A DNA stretch of 57,753 bases from contig JBKOVG010000028.1 in the NCBI GenBank assembly GCA_046723845.1, positions 1-57,753 on the forward strand, read 5' to 3'. Made by a program: the position numbers and the translations under genes. This document shows, piece by piece, positions 8,256 to 18,228 of the stretch (its first letter is position 1; the number at the start of each line of letters is the position of its first letter). Source of the stretch: Candidatus Methylomirabilota bacterium (GTDB lineage Bacteria; Methylomirabilota; Methylomirabilia; Rokubacteriales; CSP1-6). The notes beneath the pieces are model-generated. The model worked only from the letters and a program-made list of their open reading frames with translations. It was not told where the DNA came from and made no database searches.

Positions 8256-9140
8256 ATGCGTCGGCGATTCTTGCTGATTCTCCTCTGCGCCTCCGTTATC
8301 GGCCTCCTGGCAAGCCTGCTCGTGTACCGAGTCGTCAGCCAGGTGGCACGCGCCCGCAGCGACCAGTCAGAGCAGATCGTGGTCGCGGCGACCAACCTGG
8401 GCCTCGCGGATACGGTCACGAGCCAGCACATCAAGCTGGTCAACTGGCCCAAGGCATCCGTCCCGCCCGGCGCCCTCCGGACCACCACGGAAGCGGAGGG
8501 CCGGGTCGTCAGAAGCTCCGTCGTCGCCGGCGAGCCGCTCATCGAGGCCAAGCTCGCCCCCCAGCTCACGGGCAAGGGCGGCATCATGCCGATGCTGATC
8601 CCGGAAGGCCAGCGGGGGGTCACCATCAGGATGGACGAGGCCACCCGGGAGAGCGGCTTCGTCATGCCGAACAGCCGGGTCGACGTCCTCGTCAGCATGC
8701 CCAAGGCGCCGGGATCGAACGAGAAGATCGCCAAGGTGATCCTACAGGACGTCACCGTTCTCGCCGCCGGCCAGATCGTCGAGATGAAGGACAACAAGCC
8801 GGTGACGAACACGACCGTCACCCTCGCCCTCACGCCGCAGCAGGTGGAGCGGCTGGCGGTTGCGCAATCGGACGGCCGCCTGATGCTGGTTCAGCGCAAT
8901 CTCCGCGATACCGAGTTCGTCCGCACGCCAGGCGCTACTCCATCGTCGCTCCTGAGCGACGTCGCCCCGGCATCGAAGCCAGAGGCCAAGCCGACCGTTC
9001 TCACGCGCGGCGCTCCCCTGCCCGTTCCCACGCTGGAGAAGTTCCCGGTGGCAGTGATCCGTGGGACCAAGGTGAGCGAGCAGACGTTCGTACGTGACCG
9101 CGGCAATTCCTGGGCCGAGGAGCCGGGCCTGAAGCAATGA
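8256..9140 (+). CDS. cpaB: Flp pilus assembly protein CpaB/RcpC
   Basis: TM anchor, SAF domain (VVAATNLG...WP...VPPGA), SGFVMPNSRVDVL, ILQDVTVLAAGQ, TVTLALTP. Confidence 0.93.
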   Translation: MRRRFLLILLCASVIGLLASLLVYRVVSQVARARSDQSEQIVVAATNLGLADTVTSQHIKLVNWPKASVPPGALRTTTEAEGRVVRSSVVAGEPLIEAKLAPQLTGKGGIMPMLIPEGQRGVTIRMDEATRESGFVMPNSRVDVLVSMPKAPGSNEKIAKVILQDVTVLAAGQIVEMKDNKPVTNTTVTLALTPQQVERLAVAQSDGRLMLVQRNLRDTEFVRTPGATPSSLLSDVAPASKPEAKPTVLTRGAPLPVPTLEKFPVAVIRGTKVSEQTFVRDRGNSWAEEPGLKQ

Positions 9141-9625
9141 AGCGCACAGGAGGTTGGTCAATGCGTCTACCGATCCTTTTCAACCACTCCGGAGTTCTCG
9201 TCGTGCTGGCGGCAGCGGCCGCCCTCGTGGCGGGACCGGCCGCCGCCCAGACCCCGACGCCTGTCTACGTCGCGGTGGACGGGTCCATGCTCCTGACCTT
9301 GACCGAGCCCGCCCGCAAGGTCGCGGTGGCGAACCCCGCCATCGCGGACGTCCAGGTGATCAGCCCGGCGCAGCTCCTGGTCGTGGGCAAGTCCTCGGGT
9401 GTGACCTCGCTGATGATCTTCTCCGGAAAGGCGCTCCAGTCCTACAACCTCATCGTCCATCCCTCTTCCATCGCCGCGGCGAGCACCAGTACCACGCTGC
9501 CGCCCCCGCACGCGGTCCTCGTCCAGCGGGGAGACAAGATGGCCGAGCACCTCTTCACGCGCGGACCCGATCAGCGCTGGCTCGAGCTGGGTCAGGTCAA
9601 GCCGGAAACGGACGCCAAGAAGTGA
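9137..9625 (+). CDS. Exported stand-alone secretin N-terminal-domain protein
   Basis: Signal peptide (AAA|Q). VAVANPAIADVQVISPAQLLVVGKSSGVTSL is paralogous to the N-domain of the next gene. Confidence 0.8.
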   Translation: MKRTGGWSMRLPILFNHSGVLVVLAAAAALVAGPAAAQTPTPVYVAVDGSMLLTLTEPARKVAVANPAIADVQVISPAQLLVVGKSSGVTSLMIFSGKALQSYNLIVHPSSIAAASTSTTLPPPHAVLVQRGDKMAEHLFTRGPDQRWLELGQVKPETDAKK

Positions 9626-11037
9626 GCCTCGCTATGTATCGCGCATACCGCAGAGCAGGTGTCGTCTCACTTCTCCTGGCGCTCGGCCTCCTGCTGACGG
9701 GCCTTGGCAGTGCGGTGGTCCTCGCGGCGGATCCGGCGTTACTCCGGCTCGAGGTGACGATCGGGAAGTCGCAGGTCCTCAACCTCCAGGAGCCCTTCAC
9801 TCGCGTCTCGGTCACGAACCCGGCCATCGCCGATGTGTTCGTGGTTACGCCGAACCAGATCCTCATCAACGGAAAGGCGGTTGGCACCACCTCGATGGTG
9901 GTCTTCTACCCGAGCCGGACCGTGTTCTTCGATGTCCTGGTCCAGACCGACCTTGCGCTCCTCAGGGAGCGCCTCAAGCAGGTGGCCCCGCGCGACAACA
10001 TCCAGGTGCACGCCGCCCAGGACGCGATCATCCTGGAAGGCAACGTGTCCAGCGAGAGAACGACCGCAGGCGCCGTCGAGGTCGCGGGCGTGTTCGCGCC
10101 CAAGGGCAAGGTCATCAGTCTCCTGAGCCTCACCGACGTCAAGCCTCAGCAGGTCCTGCTGCAGGTGCACGTGGCCGAGATCGCCCGCGCGGCCTTGAAG
10201 GAATTGGGATTCAGCTTCCGCGCCCTCGGGCAAACATTCCAGGGGGCTGCATTCCCCGGCAACCCGTTTGCGGTGGCCATCGGCACCGTCGGCCCGGTGG
10301 TAGCCAACGGGCTCTTCGGACAGACCTCGCCGGACTTTGCCCTGGCCGGGAGCACGATCTTCCTCTCTTCCGGGAACCGGGACTATGCCGGCGTGATCCG
10401 GGCCATGAGCGACCGCAACGTGCTCCGCACGCTCGCTAAGCCCAACCTGGTCACGCAGAGCGGCAAGGAGGCCAAGTTCCTGTCGGGTGGTGAGTTCCCC
10501 TACCCGGTGGCCCAGCAGAACAACACGATCAGCATCGAGTTCAAGGAGTTCGGGGTCGGCCTGGTCTTCCTCCCGGTGGTGGTCGATGGCGAGACGATCA
10601 ATCTCCGGGTCAGGCCCGAGGTGTCGAGCCTCGACTTCAGCCAGGGTCTGCAGTCCAACGGCTTCAACATCCCGGTCATCCGGAAGAACGAGGCCGCGAC
10701 CACCATCAATCTGAAGGACGGCGAGTCCTTCGCGATCGCCGGCCTGATCAACAACGAGGTCCGTCAGGCGGTCGCGAAGATCCCGGTGCTCGGCGACATC
10801 CCGATCCTCGGGGCTCTCTTCCGCAGCACCAGGTTCCAGAACAACGAGACGGAGCTCCTCTTCCTGGTTACCGTGAAGCTCGTCGCCGCTGACTCGCCGG
10901 GCGCCGGACCGGACCCGCGACGCCTCATGGACCTGAGGCCGGAGGAAAAGAAGGACTTCACCCTGGTGCCGGGGATTCCGGGCGTCGGAGAGATCGTGAC
11001 GCAGCCCTTCGGCCAGAGCAACCTGCCAGCCAAGTGA
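9622..11037 (+). CDS. cpaC: Tad secretin CpaC/RcpA
   Basis: NPAIADV N-domain, QVLLQVHVAEI, LAKPNLVTQSGKEAKFLSGGEFP, KIPVLGDIPILGALFRS. Start is GTG 9622 or ATG 9634. Confidence 0.95.
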   Translation: MSLAMYRAYRRAGVVSLLLALGLLLTGLGSAVVLAADPALLRLEVTIGKSQVLNLQEPFTRVSVTNPAIADVFVVTPNQILINGKAVGTTSMVVFYPSRTVFFDVLVQTDLALLRERLKQVAPRDNIQVHAAQDAIILEGNVSSERTTAGAVEVAGVFAPKGKVISLLSLTDVKPQQVLLQVHVAEIARAALKELGFSFRALGQTFQGAAFPGNPFAVAIGTVGPVVANGLFGQTSPDFALAGSTIFLSSGNRDYAGVIRAMSDRNVLRTLAKPNLVTQSGKEAKFLSGGEFPYPVAQQNNTISIEFKEFGVGLVFLPVVVDGETINLRVRPEVSSLDFSQGLQSNGFNIPVIRKNEAATTINLKDGESFAIAGLINNEVRQAVAKIPVLGDIPILGALFRSTRFQNNETELLFLVTVKLVAADSPGAGPDPRRLMDLRPEEKKDFTLVPGIPGVGEIVTQPFGQSNLPAK

Positions 11038-11050
11038 GCCGGAGCGGCGA

Positions 11051-12268
11051 ATGACCGTGACCCTACGGACCCTGATCGTTGGCGAGTCGAGTCTGCCACT
11101 GAAGGGCTTGCTCACCGGTGGCTCGTCCACGGTCGTCGTCGGCGAGTTCCGGCGCCTCTCGCCGGCGATTCAGGACGGCCCCTCACGCCGCCCCGACCTG
11201 GTCATCGTCGACCTCCCCGAAGCCCACTCCGGCGGATCCGATAACCCTCCGGTCCACATGGTCGAGGCTCTCGTCCGGGCCTTTCCGGAAGCGGCCGTGT
11301 TCGCGGTCGGCCCGAGCGTCTCCGCGGACTTCGTCATCGAGGTGATCCGGGCCGGGGCCGTCGAATTCCTCCGGCGGCCGGTACAGGCCGAAGATCTCGC
11401 GGCGGCTGTCGAGAAGCTCATCAGGCTCCGGCGCCCTGGTCAATCAGCTCCACGAGCCGGTCGCATCACGTCGGTTTTCTCAACGAAGGGAGGGCTGGGC
11501 GTCACCACCATTGCCACGAATCTGGCCGTCTGCCTGGCCGAGCGGGCGCCCGGCCGGACCATTCTCATCGATCTCGACACGCGGCAGTCGGACGTCGCCA
11601 CCTTCCTGAACCTCCGGCCAACCTACTCGGTCATGGACGCTGTGGAGAATCCGGACCGCCTGGACGCCTCCTTGCTCCAGGGCCTGGTCGTCCGCCATGC
11701 CAGCGGCCTGGTGGTGCTTCCGGGCCCGACTCGCCTCGAGCGTGGCCAGATCCCGGCGGACCGGGTCGAGGGCCTGCTGACCGTCATCCGGTCTCAGTTC
11801 GATCACATCCTGCTCGATCTCCGGCATGATCTCGACCCCGGCACCATCGCGGCGCTCGAGGCCTCCGATACCATCCTCTTTCTCACCGGGCTCACCGTCT
11901 CGGCGCTGCGCTCCGCTGCCGCGGGTCTCGCCGCGTTCCGCCACCTCGGCCTCAACACCCAGCGCGTCAAGATCGTGATCATGCGCGAGGGAACCGGTGA
12001 CGACGTGACGATCAAGCACGCGCAGGACGCGCTCGGCGTCCCGATCCACTGGCGGACTCCGAGCGAATACCACACCGTCGTGTCCGCGATCAACAACGGG
12101 GAGCCGGTCGTCACCGCCTCGCCCCGATCGAAGATCGGCCGAAACATCCGGGAGCTGGCCGGCACTCTTTTCCCCAAGCCCGGCGTCGCGGCGCGCTCCG
12201 CCGCCGGGCGCTCGACGGCCCTGACTCGCTTGATTTTGAACACCAAGGGCATTCCAGGAGACGGATAG
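11051..12268 (+). CDS. cpaE: CpaE/TadZ receiver-like + MinD-type ATPase
   Basis: Degenerate receiver domain (RAGAVEFL), deviant Walker A KGGLGVTTIATNLA, SAINNGEP. Confidence 0.92.
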   Translation: MTVTLRTLIVGESSLPLKGLLTGGSSTVVVGEFRRLSPAIQDGPSRRPDLVIVDLPEAHSGGSDNPPVHMVEALVRAFPEAAVFAVGPSVSADFVIEVIRAGAVEFLRRPVQAEDLAAAVEKLIRLRRPGQSAPRAGRITSVFSTKGGLGVTTIATNLAVCLAERAPGRTILIDLDTRQSDVATFLNLRPTYSVMDAVENPDRLDASLLQGLVVRHASGLVVLPGPTRLERGQIPADRVEGLLTVIRSQFDHILLDLRHDLDPGTIAALEASDTILFLTGLTVSALRSAAAGLAAFRHLGLNTQRVKIVIMREGTGDDVTIKHAQDALGVPIHWRTPSEYHTVVSAINNGEPVVTASPRSKIGRNIRELAGTLFPKPGVAARSAAGRSTALTRLILNTKGIPGDG

Positions 12269-13641
<1,373 letters not shown>

Positions 13642-13645
<4 letters not shown>

Positions 13646-14583
13646 TGGTCCTCGTCGCCTCCCTTCTGGTCTTCCTGTTCTTCGTGGTCCTGGTCGTCGG
13701 GATCTGGTGGATCTCCAAGGCCGACCGGGCGGTGCGCGACCGCCTGCGGCAGGCCGGGCCGCGCGCCTCCAGCGTTGAGATCCTCCGCCCCGAGCGGGAT
13801 GCGAAGCGGGGAATGGCAGGAGTTTTCGGTGATGCCGGTCTTTCGCGGCGCTTGGCGCGCCTCGCCATGGAGGCCGGCTACAAGTCGACCGCGAGCGATC
13901 TCATGCTCGTGACGGTCGCCTGCGCGGCAGTCGGCGGGGCTGCCGCCTGGCTGCGGACCGGCGGGCTGTTCTGGGGCGTTGCCACTGCGGTGGGAACGGG
14001 CAGCCTCCCCGCCGTGTATCTGCTCTACAAGCGCGCGCGGCGCATCACCCGCTTCCAAACACAGTTCCCGGACACGCTCGACATGATCACCCGGGCCATC
14101 CGGGCCGGCAACGCGCTGAGCGGCGCGATCAACCTGGTCGGGCAGGAGATGCCGGATCCCATGGGTCAGGAGTTCAGGCAGGTGGACGACGAGATCCGGC
14201 TCGGGACGGAACCCGGGGAAGCGCTCGCCGGCCTCGAGACCCGGATGCCCACCGAGGACGTCCGCTTCTTCTGCACCGCTATCCGGATCCAGCGCAGCGC
14301 AGGCGGCAACCTGGCCGAGATCCTCGAGCGGCTGGCCGAAGTCATCCGGGAGCGCTTCAAGATCCTGAGCTATGCGCGGGTTCTCTCGTCGCAGCACAAA
14401 TGGTCGGCGGTCTGCGTGGGATTGAGCCCGGCCATCTTCGGAATCATGTTCCAACTCTTGCATCCGGGATACTTCGACGCCATGCTGAAAGATCCCATCG
14501 GTCCCTACCTGATCGCGATTGGCCTCGTTTTCGAGGTGATCGGCTTCTTCGTGATCTGGCGCATCGCCCAGATCAAGGTCTGA
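13642..14583 (+). CDS. tadB: TadB platform protein
   Basis: [19 protein letters not shown]...[16 protein letters not shown] (T2SSF domain). Confidence 0.93.
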
Positions 14584-14587
14584 TGCC

Positions 14588-15535
14588 GTGAGCACCTTGA
14601 CGGTGGCCATCCTCTCCTTCGTGATCGTGGCGGGTGTCACCCTGCTCGCCGGTATGATCTTGATGCGCTTCTGGCCCGCACTGCAGCGCGAGCGCTTCGA
14701 TCAGGCGGGCGCCGCGACCGCGGGGGGTCCCACCTCCGTCCTCCGGTGGAACGAGGAGCCCGGATCCGGCTGGGAGCGCACCATCGAGAAGATCGGGCGC
14801 GCCGTCGGCGGTTCGGAGGAGAGCGCGCCGAGCAAGTATCGCAGGCGTCTGATCTGGGCGGGCTACCACGAGCCGCGGGCCGTCCTGCTCTTCCTTGGCG
14901 CCAAGGTCGCCCTCGGGGCCGGTCTCGGCTCGTTCTACTTCCTGTACAGTCTCGCAGCCCTCAACGCGGTGCCGTTTCCCCGGATGCTGGCGGTCTCCCT
15001 GATCCTGGGCGTGATCGGTTTCTTCCTTCCGGACTACTGGCTCTACAACCGCATCAAGGTGCGCCGGCGGGAAATCATCCACGCCCTACCGGACGTGCTC
15101 GATCTCCTGATGGTCTGCGTGGAGGCAGGCCTGGGCTTTGACGCCGCGGTGGCCCGGGTCGCCGAGCAACCCACGAAGCGGAACAGCCCGCTCCACAGGG
15201 AGCTGCTCCGCATGCACCTGGAGGTGCGCGCGGGCCGGCCGCGGCAGGAAGCCTTGCGGGTCCTGGCCGAGCGGTCAGGGGTCGAGGAGCTGCGGTCGAT
15301 CGTGGGCGCGTTCATCCAGACGGAGAAGCTCGGCACCCCGTTGGGGAAGACGCTGCGCGTCCATGCCGATGCTGCCCGGGTCCAGCGTCGACACCGGGCG
15401 GAGGAGCAGGCCCACCTGGCGCCTCTGAAGATGCTGTTCCCGACCGTGTTCTTCCTGATGCCCGCGTTCTTCCTCGTCACCCTGGCCCCTTCATTGCTGG
15501 GCCTGATGAAGCTACTCAAAGCGATCAGCCATTGA
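14588..15535 (+). CDS. tadC: TadC platform protein
   Basis: LPDVLDLLMVCVEAGLGFDAA...QTEKLGTPL...KMLFP. Confidence 0.93.
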   Translation: MSTLTVAILSFVIVAGVTLLAGMILMRFWPALQRERFDQAGAATAGGPTSVLRWNEEPGSGWERTIEKIGRAVGGSEESAPSKYRRRLIWAGYHEPRAVLLFLGAKVALGAGLGSFYFLYSLAALNAVPFPRMLAVSLILGVIGFFLPDYWLYNRIKVRRREIIHALPDVLDLLMVCVEAGLGFDAAVARVAEQPTKRNSPLHRELLRMHLEVRAGRPRQEALRVLAERSGVEELRSIVGAFIQTEKLGTPLGKTLRVHADAARVQRRHRAEEQAHLAPLKMLFPTVFFLMPAFFLVTLAPSLLGLMKLLKAISH

Positions 15536-16170
15536 CCACGGAGGCAAGTCGAATGACGCGAATGACAGCCCTCTCGTTGCTCCTCGCCGCCACCCTCGCC
15601 GGCTCGGCGGGTAGCGCGGCCGCCCAGGACGTCACGGCCGCAGTGCGTACCTGGAGCGGACAGTCATGGCAGGTCAGCCAACCCTCGCTCGAGGTCTTCT
15701 ACACCATCGTATCGAAGACCCAGGAGAGCGCTGGGGGTGGCGGAGCCGGAACCTCGGTCGGGCAGTTCGGCAGCATGGCGACGCTCGGACTCGGCGGGCT
15801 TGGCCCCCAGTACGTCGACCCATCTCTCTTCACCCTCAACCGCCTCTTCGGGCGCCAGGCCCCAGACACCATCCAGGGCCACCGGCAGGCCCAGGAGATC
15901 ACGGTCTACCGGGGCGGCGTGGCCATCCAGATCGCCGTCTCCAGCATCGCGAGTTTCGCCTTCGCGCGCGAGCCGGTCCAGGACAGTTCGCTGCCCCCGT
16001 ACATCGCGCCTAAGCATGTCAGGTCGGCCGCAACCGTGCTCCTGACCGACGGAACCCGGGTGGACGCCGACTACGTGAACCTGGGCGGCATGCTCCTGCG
16101 GGGCGCGATACCGGGCGGGCGCGTCGACATTCCCTGGCAGGACATCGAGACACTCGAATTCCGCCGCTGA
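15532..16170 (+). CDS. Exported hypothetical protein in tad operon
   Basis: Signal peptide (AAA|QD), beta-rich, ends VDIPWQDIETLEF; overlaps the tadC stop. Confidence 0.7.
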   Translation: MTTEASRMTRMTALSLLLAATLAGSAGSAAAQDVTAAVRTWSGQSWQVSQPSLEVFYTIVSKTQESAGGGGAGTSVGQFGSMATLGLGGLGPQYVDPSLFTLNRLFGRQAPDTIQGHRQAQEITVYRGGVAIQIAVSSIASFAFAREPVQDSSLPPYIAPKHVRSAATVLLTDGTRVDADYVNLGGMLLRGAIPGGRVDIPWQDIETLEFRR

Positions 16171-16192
16171 CGACCGGTATGGGAGGCGCGCG

Positions 16193-17410
16193 ATGAGACT
16201 AAGTTGGCTCCGCGACCAGCGCGGCAGCATTCTGCTCTTCACCACCGTTCTGGTCGTCCCGCTGATGCTCATCATCAGCGGTCTGGCCCTCGATCTTTCG
16301 TACTACGGCACGGTGGACGACCAACTCCAACGGTCGATGGATGCCGCGGCCCTCGCGGGCGCCGGCAAGCTCGGGTTCGACGACTCCGTCTTCCCGACCG
16401 TGCGGTCGTTCGCCCAGACCTACGCGTCCATCAACCACTTCAAATCGGGCACGATCAGTCTCGACCTGAACACCGCCAACAACCCGAGCGGCAACATCGT
16501 GCTCGGGATCTGGAACGCCGGCACGTTCACCCCCTCGCTGGACGGCAGCAGGGTGAACGCCGTCCGCTGCCAGTACTCCACGACCGTACCCACGTCGTTC
16601 CTGAGGCTGATCGGCATCAACAGCCTCGTCACGGCCGCCGGCGCGGTGGCGATCGCCAATCCGCCGGTCACACCGGGGTGCGGCACGCCGATCCTTCCGA
16701 TCGCTGTTGTGCCCTGCTCCTTTCAGGATGCTGGTGGAGGCTTTAACAATAGCAACGGGTGTGGAGCCGCTCTCACGTGGATCTCCTCGGCAAAGTGTAC
16801 GTCCCAGAGTGGCTCACAGTTTTGCAACACTGCGGCCTGGGCAAGTTTGGATGGAAGCACTCCAAATGCGACGTACATTGAAAATGCAATTAACAACACC
16901 AAGAGCGAAAATCCGACCTGTAACGCGACGAAAGGAAGCGGCCAGACCACCCCGGTCAACAATGGGATGATCACGGGCAAGGCGTTCGAGACGCTCAAGG
17001 CAGCGTACGTGGCAGAGCGGACGTCGACACTTCCTAGTGGTGACGTGCTGGGGCCCGACGGTAGCGGCGGCATGAAAGTTATCTACACAGCCTCGAAGGG
17101 GGGGTGGGAGACCGGCGTGATGCTGATCAAGCCGAATTCCTGCCCGCCAGGGCCTATCACCGGCGAACAGTCAGTGGTGACCTATAGCAAGTTTGTCGTG
17201 ACCCAAGTCTATGACGGCAACGACAAGAAGGGTGGATACTGCATGACCATGCCGAATCCCGACCCGCAGGCCGATCCTTACTGCACGAATCCCAAGGCGG
17301 GCGAAACTGGGGTCTTCGGGTACTTCCGGTGCGACCAGCTCGGCCATGTGGCCACGCTGGATCCGGTGCCGCGGGCGGCTCTGGCCACGAGATTGAGACT
17401 CGTCCGGTGA
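16193..17410 (+). CDS. tadG: TadG-like Cys-rich minor pilin / putative tip adhesin
   Basis: DQRG|SILLF...LALDLSY...QLQRSMDAAALAGA Tad motif; many Cys; ends ..RLVR. Confidence 0.88.
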   Translation: MRLSWLRDQRGSILLFTTVLVVPLMLIISGLALDLSYYGTVDDQLQRSMDAAALAGAGKLGFDDSVFPTVRSFAQTYASINHFKSGTISLDLNTANNPSGNIVLGIWNAGTFTPSLDGSRVNAVRCQYSTTVPTSFLRLIGINSLVTAAGAVAIANPPVTPGCGTPILPIAVVPCSFQDAGGGFNNSNGCGAALTWISSAKCTSQSGSQFCNTAAWASLDGSTPNATYIENAINNTKSENPTCNATKGSGQTTPVNNGMITGKAFETLKAAYVAERTSTLPSGDVLGPDGSGGMKVIYTASKGGWETGVMLIKPNSCPPGPITGEQSVVTYSKFVVTQVYDGNDKKGGYCMTMPNPDPQADPYCTNPKAGETGVFGYFRCDQLGHVATLDPVPRAALATRLRLVR

Positions 17411-18201
17411 GCCATCGACGTCTCGGCTGGCTGCTGCTCCCGGTGTTGCTCGGGAGTGGCGGCTGCGTCACCGGCGGCCTCGCCGCGATGGGTCCGATCA
17501 TGGGCCCGCTCGCGGCCATCGGTGATCGGACGGTCGAGCGCACGATCCCCGCAGATCTGTCCACGACGTGGGGGGCAACGATCGACGCTCTGGCCCGGAT
17601 GGCGGTGCGCGTGGAGCAAACAGAGAAGTCGGGTGACCAGTGGCACCTGACCGGAACCTACGAAGCCATCACGGTGCACGGGACTCTCGAGCGCGTCACC
17701 GCCAGCATGACCAGAGTCTCGATACGGGTTGAGGCCGGGCGGCTCTACGCCGACAAGCGGACCGCCGACGAGCTGCTGAACCAGGTCGGCGCGTCGCTTG
17801 CGAATCTCACCAATCCCGGCTCTCGGGAAGCCAAAGCCGACGCCTCCGCGGGGCGCCTCGAGGCCTTGCGGCAGGCCATCGAGCGGCTGGAGGGGAAGGT
17901 CGACAAAGGCCAGGACGGGCGCGAGCTGGCGCAGCCTGGACGCCGTGATGATGGCCCAGCATCGCCGCCAGCTATCGTGACCAGCCCCATCATCACGGTG
18001 CCGGCCTCGGCGGGGGTGGCCACCATTCCTGGGCCGCTTCCAACCCTGGTGCAGGCGCCGGCCCCCCGACGTGACGAGCAGCACGTGGGCGTCAAGGAGG
18101 AGCGCCAGGATTCGATCCGCGACATCATGGCCAACCCTCTTCGCTCCGTCGACGTCCTGAGACCCGTAGAGGGCCTGACGATCCGGCCGGCCAGCCAGTA
18201 G
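17407..18201 (+). CDS. Lipoprotein, DUF3568-like N-domain + coiled coil + Pro-rich tail
   Basis: GTG 17407 overlaps the tadG stop; LLLPVLLGSGGC lipobox-like; TRVSIRV..G. Confidence 0.7.
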   Translation: MSHRRLGWLLLPVLLGSGGCVTGGLAAMGPIMGPLAAIGDRTVERTIPADLSTTWGATIDALARMAVRVEQTEKSGDQWHLTGTYEAITVHGTLERVTASMTRVSIRVEAGRLYADKRTADELLNQVGASLANLTNPGSREAKADASAGRLEALRQAIERLEGKVDKGQDGRELAQPGRRDDGPASPPAIVTSPIITVPASAGVATIPGPLPTLVQAPAPRRDEQHVGVKEERQDSIRDIMANPLRSVDVLRPVEGLTIRPASQ

Positions 18202-18228
18202 CGGGACTGCTTCACGTCCCGTCCTCCC

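Noticed and set aside
9154-9621. N-terminal extension of the secretin ORF
   Set aside because: Off-frame read-through of 9137..9625; the secretin signal peptide begins near 9622-9634.
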